This document shows, one piece after another, positions 27,799 to 38,082 of a DNA stretch of 64,000 nt. The DNA is from a bacterium (GTDB lineage: Bacteria > Hydrothermota > Tepidihabitantia > B3-TA06). A model generated the notes under the pieces. The model was given only the letters and a program-made list of their open reading frames with translations. It was not told the origin of the DNA and searched no databases. Both the position numbers and the translations under genes were made by a program. The DNA is taken from the NCBI GenBank assembly GCA_012517375.1, contig JAAYVC010000037.1, positions 3,485 to 67,484 of the forward strand, read 5' to 3'. Position 1 is the first letter of the stretch; each line of letters begins with the position of its first letter.

Positions 27799-28004
27799 GG
27801 CGGAGGCCAGGGAAGGCCGTGAGAATCGGCCGCGGTGCCGCCACTGTGATCTGGAAACTGCGTTTCCTCCGGGGTTTTCATCGAAAAAACTTCCGGGTAG
27901 ATTGAAACAAGGATGCGTCCTCGTTTCTCAAGTCACTATCTGCAGGAAGCAGATGGGAAGGCTGGAGACGCAACGAGACCAGTAAGCCAGGAGACCTATC
28001 CGCC
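27799..28004 (+). ncRNA. Cobalamin riboswitch
   Basis: AGGGAA-GGCCGTGAGAATCGGCC; GCCACTGT; GTCACT..GGGAAGG; B12 box AAGCCAGGAGACCT; closing stem GGCGGA/TCCGCC; upstream of TonB receptor. Confidence 0.92.
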
Positions 28005-28078
28005 ACTATCCCGCACCACCCATTCCGGGCCAGGATGGGGGTGTGGTTATCCTAACTCTTACAACTTGGAGGTTTACA

Positions 28079-30067
28079 ATGGTCAAGGCCCTTATCATAT
28101 CATTTCTTTTCGGGCAGGCGCCTCTGGCAGATACATCGACAACTGGAGCCGTAAGGCTGCCGGAGGTCGTCGTGACCGCGACGAGGCTCTCGCTGCCTGC
28201 CAATCTATCGCTATGGCCTGTTGAAGTCATAGAAACAGACGATGAACCCGATCTTGCGGCGGTGCTTGAGGAGAAGAGCCCTGCAACGGACGTACGCTCC
28301 TACGGTCTTACGGGCCAGCCGGCCTACTTCTTTCTCGCAGGAGTTACTTCGACGCGCGTGCTCGTTCTCTCGGACGGCGTTCCTATGAACTCGCGTACAA
28401 ACGGCGTCATCGATCTCGGCATGCTTCCTTTGTCCCCGGGTTCACGGATAGAAATCGTGCGCGGTCCGCTTTCAGCCTTATACGGTTCCACAGCGATAGG
28501 CGGCGTGGTGAACATAATTCCCTCCTACGAAAACGGTATCGCTGCAGGACTCGAACTCGATCAGCATCTGGGTCTTTCCGCCGCTGTTGCGACCTCGAAT
28601 CGGATCAAGAACACCGGTCTCAGGCTTGGTGGTTCCTACCTGACGTCTCCAGGTCTCAGAAGCAACGATTCTACAAAAAGATACAGCGCTCATGCGGGTA
28701 TTGAATTCAACCTCAAAAAAGGCTTCATGCTTGGCGGCGGTTTGGAGATAGTATCACGCGATATGGGCGTGCCCGGTCCTCTGCCCGATGTTTCATCCGG
28801 ACTTCCTAGGTTCGGAGACTCCACCTGCACCTCCCTGTACGACCGGGAACTCGACGATCTCTACTCCTTTAATATCAAAGCAGGCTGGAACCCTGTAGCT
28901 AACTTCTCCTCCTTGCTCAAGCTTTACGGACTTTCTCAGATAACCTTTTTCGACTGGAGATACCTTGACTACTCGATGAACGTCATCAGGGAGATTGACG
29001 ATTATCAAGACGCCAAGCTCGGAGCCGACCTGCTTGTATCGGGAAGACTCAACTGGCTCAATCTTGCAGGAGGGGTTAATCTCGAGCACGAGGCCGTAGG
29101 CGTCCTGACCCTTGCACAGGACAGCGCAACCGGCGATACTGTGTCACGTTCGGCGTGGAACGCCGAAGACCTCCACCTGGGCGCCTGGGCTGAAGGCATT
29201 GCGGAGCTGGGAATGTTTGCGCCGACAATTGCCGTAAGACTCGACTATTCGCCACAGTACAACCTGGCGCTTTCTCCTGAAGCCGGACTTGCTGTAACTA
29301 TCATACCTGAGCGCCTTAAACTCTCCGCCGCTTACGGAAGGGCATTCCGCGCGCCGTCTTTCAACGACCTCTACTGGCCTTATATGGGCGACTCCACTCT
29401 GGAACCCGAGCGAGGCCAGTCCGCATCGCTTTCCGCAGATGCACAACCCCTCGATTTTCTTAAACTTAATGTTTCCGGTTTCTGGAAGGATATAAAGGAT
29501 ATGATCTCGTGGTTGCCCGATTCGCAGGGCATCTGGAAGGCGACGAACGTGGACAGGGTTCAGATCTTTGGAACAGACGCAGATGTTAAACTTAGGATCG
29601 CAGACAGCGTAGTTAACGCATCACTCGGTGCGGCGTACAACTTCGCCGCGGAGACTCGCACCATTGTGGTCTATTCGGACTGGATATCGGGCGAGACCCG
29701 CGATTCCACAGTAACGCGGCAAGCTGCATTTATTCCGCCACTTGTGCTTAAGGCTAACCTGGCGCTTCGACTGTGGAAGGGCGGCAGGATAGCGGCCAAC
29801 GCCGCGTGGACCGCCGGACGCGTCAACTACTACTCCGACTACTCCGCCTCCCCGGTTGTCGGTGTACTCACAAAGCGCATAAATCCGTCGCTTAAACTCA
29901 ACGCATCCATCTCGCAGACGCTTTTCAAGATGCTTACGATAGAGGCTGGCGTGCGCAACATCACCGATGACCGCACGCCAGAGCAGTTCGGTACGGAATA
30001 TACCGACCTCAACTATCCCACGCCTTCACGAAACTTGTACGCCAAGCTGTCCATTCAATATCGATAA
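28079..30067 (+). CDS. btuB: TonB-dependent cobalamin receptor
   Basis: ATG 28079 after GGAGG; TonB box EVVVTATR; IEIVRGPLSALYGSTAIGGVVNII; AFRAPSFNDLYWP; riboswitch context. Confidence 0.88.
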   Translation: MVKALIISFLFGQAPLADTSTTGAVRLPEVVVTATRLSLPANLSLWPVEVIETDDEPDLAAVLEEKSPATDVRSYGLTGQPAYFFLAGVTSTRVLVLSDGVPMNSRTNGVIDLGMLPLSPGSRIEIVRGPLSALYGSTAIGGVVNIIPSYENGIAAGLELDQHLGLSAAVATSNRIKNTGLRLGGSYLTSPGLRSNDSTKRYSAHAGIEFNLKKGFMLGGGLEIVSRDMGVPGPLPDVSSGLPRFGDSTCTSLYDRELDDLYSFNIKAGWNPVANFSSLLKLYGLSQITFFDWRYLDYSMNVIREIDDYQDAKLGADLLVSGRLNWLNLAGGVNLEHEAVGVLTLAQDSATGDTVSRSAWNAEDLHLGAWAEGIAELGMFAPTIAVRLDYSPQYNLALSPEAGLAVTIIPERLKLSAAYGRAFRAPSFNDLYWPYMGDSTLEPERGQSASLSADAQPLDFLKLNVSGFWKDIKDMISWLPDSQGIWKATNVDRVQIFGTDADVKLRIADSVVNASLGAAYNFAAETRTIVVYSDWISGETRDSTVTRQAAFIPPLVLKANLALRLWKGGRIAANAAWTAGRVNYYSDYSASPVVGVLTKRINPSLKLNASISQTLFKMLTIEAGVRNITDDRTPEQFGTEYTDLNYPTPSRNLYAKLSIQYR

Positions 30068-30069
30068 GA

Positions 30070-30773
30070 TTTCCTGGGGACCCCGTTAACCCTCGGGGTC
30101 CCCACAAAGCTGCGGAGCAGCTTTGTGGGGTGACAAAAGCTGGTCAAAAGCTGGTCAAAAGTGGGACAAAAGCTGGTCAGAAGTTGGTCAAAACTTGGAC
30201 AAATTTCACCCTCAAAAGAGTCAGGATTAATGGAAGAAGGCCAGATTTCGAGAAGTACGCAAGGAAAATCGAAAATGTCATTGCGAGGTTGTTTCGAGCA
30301 ACCGAAGCAATCGCCCAAATGGAATGCAATCCTTTCGGATGCTCTGCAACCTCAGGATAACATGTTGCATGTTACCCACCATCGCCAGAGGAGAGGGGTC
30401 GGAGAAAGAAAAATGTCTTTGGCTGAACTCGCGCTGTTAGCACTCCCGTTCGGCAGGCAACCAAGGTGACGGGATGAAGCTCCGAAGGGTGAGCGGAGGG
30501 AACCATCTCAAGGCAGTATCTGAAAACATGTGGAATCGACTCATGTGTTTTAAAATAGTGCTAGGAGATTGCCACGACTTCCTTTGGAAGTCTCGCAATG
30601 ACTATGGGGAGAACAAACGTAGGGGCCAGCTTTAACGCCTCTGGCGTTCGCTGCGCGTCAGGTGCTTCGCTCCTCCGCCTGTCATTCTGAGGAGCAACGT
30701 AGTTGCGACGTGAGAATCGCCTTTATGATCTGCCAACACCTTTGGTGTTCGGTGCTCAACGAGTCGACCCGCT
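30070..30773. repeat. Mosaic of short palindromic repeats
   Basis: GGGGTCCCC hairpin 30095-30132; GTCATTGCGAGG..GAAGCAATC 30277; GAGATTGCCACG..CTCGCAATGAC 30565; GTAGGGGC 30619; GTCATTCTGAGG..GAGAATC 30681. Confidence 0.75.
30134..30203 (+). repeat. 11-bp tandem repeat, six copies, consensus CAAAAGCTGGT
   Basis: caaaagctggt caaaagctggt caaaagtggga caaaagctggt cagaagttggt caaaacttgga caaa. Confidence 0.9.
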
Positions 30774-31529
30774 TCATTCGTCAATAAAGTTCCCTTTAGC
30801 TCCGTATTTTTGGAGCCAAGCTAAGGCGGTTTGAATGAACCGAAGACTGAAATCTTTTTCCAACGCAAGATCAAGGGCGTTTATGTTATGAAAACAGGTG
30901 ACAATTGAGTTGCTTGCACTGAAAGTCATAGAAGTTAGTGTCATGAGCGCCAAATGCAATTTGTCTATATCCAAGAAAGGTTCAGAGTAGATAAGATTAT
31001 TCTTTTGGCCCACAAGCATTCTTAGAATTCCTTTCCATGTGGGGTGGGAGCCTAAAGTGGAAAAATGCCCGTATAAGATTCTTTCATCATCGGCGTTTCC
31101 TTTCGTAACCACATTTTCATACTCTTTCAAAAACTTTCGATTATCGCCTGCTGAAAATTCTTTTCCGTTTTTCCATCTTTGAATTGCTGACGTATCTAAG
31201 GCAAATCTTCTAATAAGCAAAGAACTTTCCTGGATGTCCCTTGTAATCATTAACGAAGCCTGGTAAAAGCCTGATATAATCAACCCAAAAGCGACCGAGA
31301 CATCATTATAAGTTCTTACGATTAATCCCAAAACAACGAGCTCGTCGTCCGTTTTGTGTTTCCGATCAATTCCAATCTTCCAAATCCATTCCACGGATTC
31401 ACTCAGAATCTTCAAGTGGTCTTGGCACTCATCATCCGCGCCAGTAGCCATAAGGATTTGCTCGCGCATCTTTTTCTCGGCTTCCAGCATGTTCGCAAGG
31501 TTTTCCGGCAAGGGCAGCACAATACTCAT
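30774..31529 (-). CDS. Low-GC helical hypothetical protein (DUF5677/HEPN-like pattern)
   Basis: GFYQ..RDIQE..YGHFSTLGSHPTW; SD GAGGAGG. Confidence 0.7.
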   Translation of the reverse strand: MSIVLPLPENLANMLEAEKKMREQILMATGADDECQDHLKILSESVEWIWKIGIDRKHKTDDELVVLGLIVRTYNDVSVAFGLIISGFYQASLMITRDIQESSLLIRRFALDTSAIQRWKNGKEFSAGDNRKFLKEYENVVTKGNADDERILYGHFSTLGSHPTWKGILRMLVGQKNNLIYSEPFLDIDKLHLALMTLTSMTFSASNSIVTCFHNINALDLALEKDFSLRFIQTALAWLQKYGAKGNFIDE

Positions 31530-31532
31530 TTC

Positions 31533-31592
31533 TTCCTCCTCTTTTACGGTTCAGTTATAGTATAATTTAGGTTGCGGATGTCAATCCCCCCT
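31533..31592 (-). promoter_or_regulatory. 60-bp promoter+RBS module, copy 1
   Basis: Identical to 32572-32631; minus strand TTGACA-16-TACTAT..AAGAGGAGGAA. Confidence 0.85.
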
Positions 31593-31659
31593 CCCCCCTC
31601 TCGCAGGAAGGACCTTCATCCAGTCAGCGTGAGATGGCTCCCTTCGTTCGCCCTGCGGA

Positions 31660-31741
31660 CTCACGTCCTTCCGGTCATACGACCGTCAGTCCTCAGAATG
31701 ACTAAGCAAGCCCCCTCCCTCTCCCTTTCTCCCTCCCCCGG
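31660..31741. repeat. 82-bp direct repeat, copy 1
   Basis: Identical to 33997-34078. Confidence 0.9.
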
Positions 31742-31789
31742 AGGGGGAGGATAGCCAACGTAGGGGCCAACCTTCAGGTCGGCCCGCTT

Positions 31790-32566
31790 TTACAAATCGT
31801 GCCCTTCATTTCTTAAAGCTCCAAATGATGGAAAATCCCTGTAGAGTTTCAACCATTTTGAAAGCCAAGAATTGAATTTTGAATAAGCGATGCCAAAGTC
31901 TTCATTGGCGTTTTTTAGGTTTTCTTCCCCGTATGCCTTAACCAGTTGTTTTGTCGCATACGATGAAATCCGGGCCAGCCAAGTTAAACCATTTTGCAGA
32001 GGTATTTGCTCGACATAAGGACCTAGATGTAAGTTTCCGTGAGGATCACCTAACATCAACGCGATTCCGCGATAAGTGGGGTGTACGTTCATATCACACA
32101 GAAGTGCATGGGTGGCTTCGATAGGATGTTCCTTTATTCTTAAGCGGTCTTTGACTTTTCTTAACGCATCGGAAAGTAGCCCCCTCCTAGTTGAATAGAT
32201 TGCTTTTTTCCAAGCTTGGATCGCAGAACGTTCCATTGAAAAAAACTCAAAAAGAATTGAGCATTCAAGCATATGCCGCTGAGGCATGAAAGACATTTGA
32301 TAAAATCCTTGCATCATTAGAAGCCATGCGGTTGCACAATCGTTGTACAAGCTAGTTCCTAGGCCTAAGAGAGTAATATCGTCTTCGTTGTTATGTTTGT
32401 GGATTGTTGATATAGCTTTTATTAAGAGCATTGAATTTTCGATTGAACTGAAATGATCACCAAATTCTTTAATGTGAGAGTATATCATTTCACGGGAACT
32501 TTGCACTAATGGTACTCCGTTGGTCAATACCCTTTCTAGGATATCGGGAATAGCTGGTTTAAGCAT
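31790..32566 (-). CDS. Low-GC helical hypothetical protein, paralogue of 30774..31529
   Basis: Shared HK..D....LGL....YND, GFYQ.S.M..R...E, SAIQ.WK, HPT..GI motifs. Confidence 0.7.
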   Translation of the reverse strand: MLKPAIPDILERVLTNGVPLVQSSREMIYSHIKEFGDHFSSIENSMLLIKAISTIHKHNNEDDITLLGLGTSLYNDCATAWLLMMQGFYQMSFMPQRHMLECSILFEFFSMERSAIQAWKKAIYSTRRGLLSDALRKVKDRLRIKEHPIEATHALLCDMNVHPTYRGIALMLGDPHGNLHLGPYVEQIPLQNGLTWLARISSYATKQLVKAYGEENLKNANEDFGIAYSKFNSWLSKWLKLYRDFPSFGALRNEGHDL

Positions 32567-32571
32567 GAATT

Positions 32572-32631
32572 TTCCTCCTCTTTTACGGTTCAGTTATAGT
32601 ATAATTTAGGTTGCGGATGTCAATCCCCCCT
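32572..32631 (-). promoter_or_regulatory. 60-bp promoter+RBS module, copy 2
   Basis: Identical to 31533-31592. Confidence 0.85.
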
Positions 32632-32805
32632 TATCAAGGAGGACGCCTGAAGGGCGAGGGGTATTACGGGTCCCCCTTATACTGCGCTCCCTCGATTCCT
32701 CCCACCAGGAGAGGGAGAATTCAATTTCCTCTCAGGAGATAGTCATTGCAGTGACGCATAGATGGGGTCCTCACAGAAATACTCGATATCTTTACGGGGA
32801 TGAAA

Positions 32806-33810
32806 CTACCACCAGACGGAGAAATACGAGCAGCGGTCGCAGGGCGGGGAAAGGCCCACCTTGCGGGCAGCCAGGTGCCTTTCTCTATAGAACTTCATTT
32901 TTTTGCCGTGCCAGATCGCGTAAAGGCTTTCGCTGCCTTGCACGCCCACGCTGCCCTCAGCATCGTAATCAAGACAACACACGGGAACGGTGCCGTCCCA
33001 GTAGACGCTGAGCTGCGTAAAAGGGTAGATACACGGCGGCCACGCGCCCTCTCGTCCGCGATGAGGGGTGTAAACCACGGGGTCAAGACTTACGCTTTTA
33101 AGCCAGTCCTGCGGCTGGCGAACCAGGATTGAATCGGCAACCCGAGCCCACTCTCTTCGGAGAGCGGGTATCTGGGATGAGTTGGATCCCAGGAGCACCA
33201 TCTCGATTTGAATCCTTGGCCTTCCGCCTCGTCTTGCAAACGCCAATGTTCGCACATTCTCCACGACCGAATCAAAGTCAAGTCCCGTGCGGATACGGTT
33301 GTAAACCTCGGTGCTCGCGCCGTCCAACGAGATGTTTACCTCGTCCAGGCCGGCTTCGATAAGCCCCAGCGCCCGCGAACGGTCGAGGAGAGAAGCGTTC
33401 GTAACGATAGAGGTTTTTACCCCCTTGGAATGAGCGTAGGAAACCTTCTGCTCCAGCCCTTTGTCGAGGAGCGACTCGCCGAACCCCGAAAGATAGAGCT
33501 TTTGGACCCCGTGCTCGGCGCATTCATCCGCGATATCGGCGAAGCGGGACCATGACATTATTCCTTTTGTGCGACTCATTGTGGAGGAGGGGCACATGAT
33601 GCATCTGGAATTGCAGTATGCGGATGATTCAACGGCCACCGTTTCGGGAAATTCCTCGTGCGCGGAGATGATCCGTTTTATTCGGCGGCGGTAAAAGTAA
33701 TTGTAGAAGGAATTTCCGTTAAGCGATTTCGTCTTCAGTAATTTGTAAAAGAGCTCACGAGAAACCGCAGACATCTTGACGCGTTCCCTCAACTGGTCGA
33801 TAAAATCCAT
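32806..33810 (-). CDS. Radical SAM/SPASM domain protein
   Basis: CNSRCIMC; GFGESLL; SLDG; SPASM CIYPF..DGTVPVCC..G..IW..CDRC. Confidence 0.92.
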   Translation of the reverse strand: MDFIDQLRERVKMSAVSRELFYKLLKTKSLNGNSFYNYFYRRRIKRIISAHEEFPETVAVESSAYCNSRCIMCPSSTMSRTKGIMSWSRFADIADECAEHGVQKLYLSGFGESLLDKGLEQKVSYAHSKGVKTSIVTNASLLDRSRALGLIEAGLDEVNISLDGASTEVYNRIRTGLDFDSVVENVRTLAFARRGGRPRIQIEMVLLGSNSSQIPALRREWARVADSILVRQPQDWLKSVSLDPVVYTPHRGREGAWPPCIYPFTQLSVYWDGTVPVCCLDYDAEGSVGVQGSESLYAIWHGKKMKFYRERHLAARKVGLSPPCDRCSYFSVWW

Positions 33811-33996
33811 ATCTGGTTCCGCCTTTTTTCAAGCACTTGTTTCTATTATCCATGCGGAGCGGTGGATTGTCAATACCTTTACCTGAAAAATTCGCAGGCC
33901 GACTTTATCCGGGGAACCCCTCCCCCCTTATAGAAAGGGGGGGCCGAAAAAAGTCCCACTTATTATTAAGGGGGATTTCCCATCCTTCATGAGATT

Positions 33997-34078
33997 CTCA
34001 CGTCCTTCCGGTCATACGACCGTCAGTCCTCAGAATGACTAAGCAAGCCCCCTCCCTCTCCCTTTCTCCCTCCCCCGG
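33997..34078. repeat. 82-bp direct repeat, copy 2
   Basis: Identical to 31660-31741. Confidence 0.9.
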
Positions 34079-34152
34079 GGGGAGGGGAGAAGAATTATTG
34101 AACTAGTTATTGCTGTGACGAAAAGCGGGCCCCGTAAAAATACTCCGTGTTT

Positions 34153-36219
34153 TTACGGGGTTAGTATCAGGTACTGGAAGAGTTTTCTGCGCTCCTCCTC
34201 GGGCAGGAGGCTGTAGTGCGAGAAGTGCATGGCGAAGGAGGCGCGGCCCTGGCTTACGGAGCGCAGCGCGGTCGCGTAGCCGAAGCTCTGCGAAAGGGGC
34301 AGAAACGCTTTAACAAGCTTCTGCTCCTTAATGTTCTCTAAAAGCTCAATCTTGCCGCGGCGCGAGCCCAGGTCGGAGATGACGTCGCCCAGATACTCCT
34401 CGGGCGTTATTATCTCGAGGTCCATTATCGGCTCGAGAAGCGCGGGCGACGCCTGCTCGTACGCCTCCCGGAACGCCTGCGATGTCGCGGCCTTGAATGC
34501 GATGTCGGACGCTTCCTCCTCCCTGAACTCGACCTCGGTGACTGTAGCGCGCACGTTCGCGACAGGAAAGCCGAGAAGCTGTCCTGCAGAGAAGGATTCT
34601 GAAAGCGTCGTCTCAATCGCCTGCAGGAACTCGCGCGGAATCTCATCCTTCAGCTTGACCCTCGCGTCCTTTCCACCCTCGTGAGGCTCCACCCTCACCG
34701 TGACTGCGGCATAGTGGCTCTTTGTACCAATGACCTTCGCGAATGTAGCCTTGCGCTCCACCTTCTCCGTTACGGTCTCCCTGTACGATACCTGCGGCTT
34801 GCCCACGCGCACGGGGACCCGGAACTCCTTCTGAATCCGGTCAACGATAATCTCCAGATGAAGCTCGCCCATTCCCGAAACGAGCGTCTGTCCGGTCTCG
34901 GGGTCTATTCGGACGCCGAATGTAGGGTCCTCGAGCTGCATTATCTCTAGCGCGCGGCCGAGCTTTGCCTCGTCCGCTTTCGTGTGCGGTTCAACTGCCT
35001 GGTGGATGACGGGCTCCGGAAAGCGCATTGCCTCGTACACTATTGGGTGCTTCTGGTCAGAAAGCGTTGAGCCTGTGGTTATGTGCCGCAGACCGGACAA
35101 AAGACCTATCTCGCCTGCCTCGAGCTTCGCAACCTCCTCGAAGTGATTGGAGTGGGGGAGAAAGAGCTTTTGCACCCTCGAGCGCTTGCCTCCCGGAAAA
35201 CCGAGTACGGTCTCGCCCTGCTTTACGGTTCCGGAGTAAAGACGAGTGAATGCAAGAGGACCCATATGCTGGTCGTATGCGAGCTTGAACACGAGCGCGG
35301 ATAATGGCTCGTCGGGCAGGGGTTTGAATTTAATCTTTCGCTCCTCGCGCTCAGGATCAGAACCCTCGAGCGCTGCAACGTCCAGCGGCGATGGCAGGTA
35401 ATGGATGACCGCATCCAGGAGCGGCTGAACGCCCTTGTTCTTGAGCGCCGAGCCGCACAAGACGGGCACAATCTTTCCTTCAAGCGTGAGCGAGCGCAGC
35501 GCTGCTCTGAGTGGTCCCGGCTCGCTCTTGCGACCGGCCATGTAATCTTCTAGAATCTCATCCTCCACCTCTGATGCGACGTTCACGAGCCTCTCGCGCC
35601 AGTGCTTTGCAACGGCGACGTGCTCGGCCGGCATCTCTTCCACGATGAACTCCGAACCCTGGGCCTCGTCCCTCCACCTGATAGCCTTCCACTCCACCAG
35701 GTCTATGACGCCCTTGAAGCCCTGCTCCGAGCCGAGCGGTATCTGCACCGGGACGGGGAGCTGGCTGAAGCGAGCCTCCATCATGTCAATGACCCGCTCG
35801 AAGTCGGCGCCCGTGCGGTCCATCTTGTTCACGAATGCGATCCTCGGGATATGGTAGCGGTCCGCCTGATGCCACACGGTTTCAGACTGAGGCTCAACGC
35901 CTCCTACAGCGCAGAAGACGACTACTGCTCCGTCCAGCACCTTGAGCGAGCGCTCAACCTCTATCGTGAAGTCCACATGACCCGGCGTATCGATTACATT
36001 TATCCTTATGTCCTTCCAGTAAACAACTGTCGCAGCTGAAGTTATAGTAATGCCCCTCTCGCGTTCCTGCTGCATCCAGTCCATTGTAGCGGCGCCGTCG
36101 TCGACCTCTCCCATGCGGTGTATCCTCTTAGCGTAAAAAAGAATCCTCTCCGTAGTGGTGGTTTTTCCCGCATCTATATGTGCGGCTATACCTATGTTGC
36201 GAAGCTTCGACAGATCCAT
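34153..36219 (-). CDS. fusA: Elongation factor G, paralogue outside the str operon
   Basis: [12 protein letters not shown]; [11 protein letters not shown]; DTPGHVDF; NKMD; GSAL; [10 protein letters not shown]; LLEPIM. Confidence 0.95.
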   Translation of the reverse strand: MDLSKLRNIGIAAHIDAGKTTTTERILFYAKRIHRMGEVDDGAATMDWMQQERERGITITSAATVVYWKDIRINVIDTPGHVDFTIEVERSLKVLDGAVVVFCAVGGVEPQSETVWHQADRYHIPRIAFVNKMDRTGADFERVIDMMEARFSQLPVPVQIPLGSEQGFKGVIDLVEWKAIRWRDEAQGSEFIVEEMPAEHVAVAKHWRERLVNVASEVEDEILEDYMAGRKSEPGPLRAALRSLTLEGKIVPVLCGSALKNKGVQPLLDAVIHYLPSPLDVAALEGSDPEREERKIKFKPLPDEPLSALVFKLAYDQHMGPLAFTRLYSGTVKQGETVLGFPGGKRSRVQKLFLPHSNHFEEVAKLEAGEIGLLSGLRHITTGSTLSDQKHPIVYEAMRFPEPVIHQAVEPHTKADEAKLGRALEIMQLEDPTFGVRIDPETGQTLVSGMGELHLEIIVDRIQKEFRVPVRVGKPQVSYRETVTEKVERKATFAKVIGTKSHYAAVTVRVEPHEGGKDARVKLKDEIPREFLQAIETTLSESFSAGQLLGFPVANVRATVTEVEFREEEASDIAFKAATSQAFREAYEQASPALLEPIMDLEIITPEEYLGDVISDLGSRRGKIELLENIKEQKLVKAFLPLSQSFGYATALRSVSQGRASFAMHFSHYSLLPEEERRKLFQYLILTP

Positions 36220-36226
36220 TGTAAGG

Positions 36227-37699
36227 TTAACGGGCGATTTCCTTGGCTAAATCCTTAAGGATTCCTGCGGATTTGATGCGATCCGAAGGCAGGCAGGTCA
36301 TTGTGCGGGTGCCGCGGAATTCGTTGCCCAGCTCTATTTCGGGTTTTGTCGGATCGGTGTTAATTATTACGGCAGGTCCTGAGACGCGCTCCCTCAAGAG
36401 AGCGAGGGCGAACTTGAGATTGGACACCTCCTCCTCGACTGCGGAGTTGGCAAGAAGGATCATCCCCTGGACTTTAGCCACGAATGTCTGCCACAGGGGA
36501 GCAAAGCGCTTGGCTCCTGGCAGGCCGTACATGTTGAACTGGTAAGGGCCTATAATCACCTTCCCGAAGTTCAGTACCTTGTCCTCCGGCCTTTCGGCCT
36601 CTTCCTCGCCCGAAATGGTATGAATGAAGATGTTGCGGGAATCGCGGTCGGTTCCTATCACGACGAGGTTGAATACGTGTGTAACGGGCTGCGGCTTCGT
36701 GTCGAACGACTCTTCTTCCTCTTCCTTCGCCTCGGTCTTCTCATGCGCCGCCTTGCCTGCAAGCTCGACCGCGCCCGATGCGATCATCGATTTCAGCGCC
36801 TCAAGCGTATCGAAATCCGATAAGGGACTCTCAAGAAGCATCTCTCTTACGCTAATCTTTCCGTCCGCCAGTTCGCAAACGACTCGCTCTCCGTCTGTAG
36901 ACGGCTCGCTTCCGGGCTTGAGCGCGGGAACAGCATCGATATCGAGCTCCTGCTTTATCCGCTCCGCCTCGTCAAGCTCCCTTAAGGACTCGAATATCGC
37001 TTCGTCGGTCTGGTTCTCAATGGACGGGATAACGGAAAGGCTCTCCGTAAGCTTGACCTTGAAGGTTCCGTCCGACCATGAAAGGAGCGTAGGAAGCGCC
37101 GCTAGGCCGTGCTTGTTCCTGTAGTTGGCGGCTATCAGCCTCCCGGCCGCGAGATAGAGCGCTCCCTGTTCGCCCGACGATTCAAGGCTCACCTCGCCGG
37201 TCTTCTGGCCGAAGGAAAGCATCTGCAGGAGATCGATGACTCCCAGATCCTCAATCCTTCCAGATGTCGCAACTTCGGACTCCTCTTCGCGCTTGAACGT
37301 CTCGCGGTAGCGGGAATAGCGGTCGAGCAGTATCTCGATTCGCGCAAGAAGCTCGCGGAACTCGAACGGCTTCGTGAGATAGTCATCGGCGCCCAATCTT
37401 AAACCTTTAACCTTGTCCTGAGTATCGGCGAGCGCGGAAAGAAAGATGAAGGGGATGTTGTGCAGGTTTTCGGATGCCCTTATCTTTCCGCACAGGGCGT
37501 AGCCGTCCATGCCCGGCATCATTATATCGGCGATGACTATGTCCGGCGGGTTCGCAATCGCCTTCTCGAGCGCGACGTTCGCACTCGAAGCCACGGTCAC
37601 GTCAAAACTCTGTTCTGAGAGCCTTATCTCCAGAAGATTCAAGAGATGCGGGTCGTCGTCTACGACGAGGACCTTGTGCTGAGGCGGCTTGGCGTTCAC
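36227..37699 (-). CDS. Receiver-DUF4388(PatA_N)-degenerate small GTPase fusion
   Basis: REC: [24 protein letters not shown]; DUF4388: [16 protein letters not shown]; MglA-like C-terminus [13 protein letters not shown]. Confidence 0.85.
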   Translation of the reverse strand: MNAKPPQHKVLVVDDDPHLLNLLEIRLSEQSFDVTVASSANVALEKAIANPPDIVIADIMMPGMDGYALCGKIRASENLHNIPFIFLSALADTQDKVKGLRLGADDYLTKPFEFRELLARIEILLDRYSRYRETFKREEESEVATSGRIEDLGVIDLLQMLSFGQKTGEVSLESSGEQGALYLAAGRLIAANYRNKHGLAALPTLLSWSDGTFKVKLTESLSVIPSIENQTDEAIFESLRELDEAERIKQELDIDAVPALKPGSEPSTDGERVVCELADGKISVREMLLESPLSDFDTLEALKSMIASGAVELAGKAAHEKTEAKEEEEESFDTKPQPVTHVFNLVVIGTDRDSRNIFIHTISGEEEAERPEDKVLNFGKVIIGPYQFNMYGLPGAKRFAPLWQTFVAKVQGMILLANSAVEEEVSNLKFALALLRERVSGPAVIINTDPTKPEIELGNEFRGTRTMTCLPSDRIKSAGILKDLAKEIAR

Positions 37700-38082
37700 T
37701 TTCCCTGCTCCTTCAGGTGGCGCTCGAGCACTGCTGCTATGTCCTGGGCCACCTGGCGCGTATCAATAGGTTTTGAGATATAGCCGTCGCAGCCGCATGC
37801 CCTAAGAACCTCCTCGTCGTGCCTGTCCGAGATTGCGGTAACGGCAATGACCGGCACCATCTTCAGCTCTTTATCCTGCTTTAATAACCTCGTCGCTTCG
37901 TATCCGTCCATGCCGGGAAGGTGCATATCCATCAATATAAGGTCAGGATGCATCAAGCGGGCGAGCCTTAGCCCCTCGTCCGCGCTCGAAGCGCACGTTA
38001 CCTTGTGCCCCGCCATCTCCAGAAGCACCCGCAGGAGCTCCTGGTTGCCCTCGTTGTCTTCAACCACGAGAATGGAGCTCAC
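37696..38082 (-). CDS. Single-domain response regulator (DivK-like)
   Basis: VVEDN; DLILMDMHLPGMDG; GCDGYISKPID. Confidence 0.93.
   Translation of the reverse strand: MSSILVVEDNEGNQELLRVLLEMAGHKVTCASSADEGLRLARLMHPDLILMDMHLPGMDGYEATRLLKQDKELKMVPVIAVTAISDRHDEEVLRACGCDGYISKPIDTRQVAQDIAAVLERHLKEQGK

Noticed and set aside
30134-30203. Possible CRISPR array
   Set aside because: Units are 11 bp, contiguous, have no spacers, and no cas genes are present.
30055-30469. ORFs 30055..30318, 30130..30360 and 30161..30469
   Set aside because: They are translations of tandem and palindromic repeats with no RBS or protein motifs.
30760-32631. Integron cassette array
   Set aside because: No integrase and no clear attC RYYYAAC/GTTRRRY pairs; the genes carry their own promoters.
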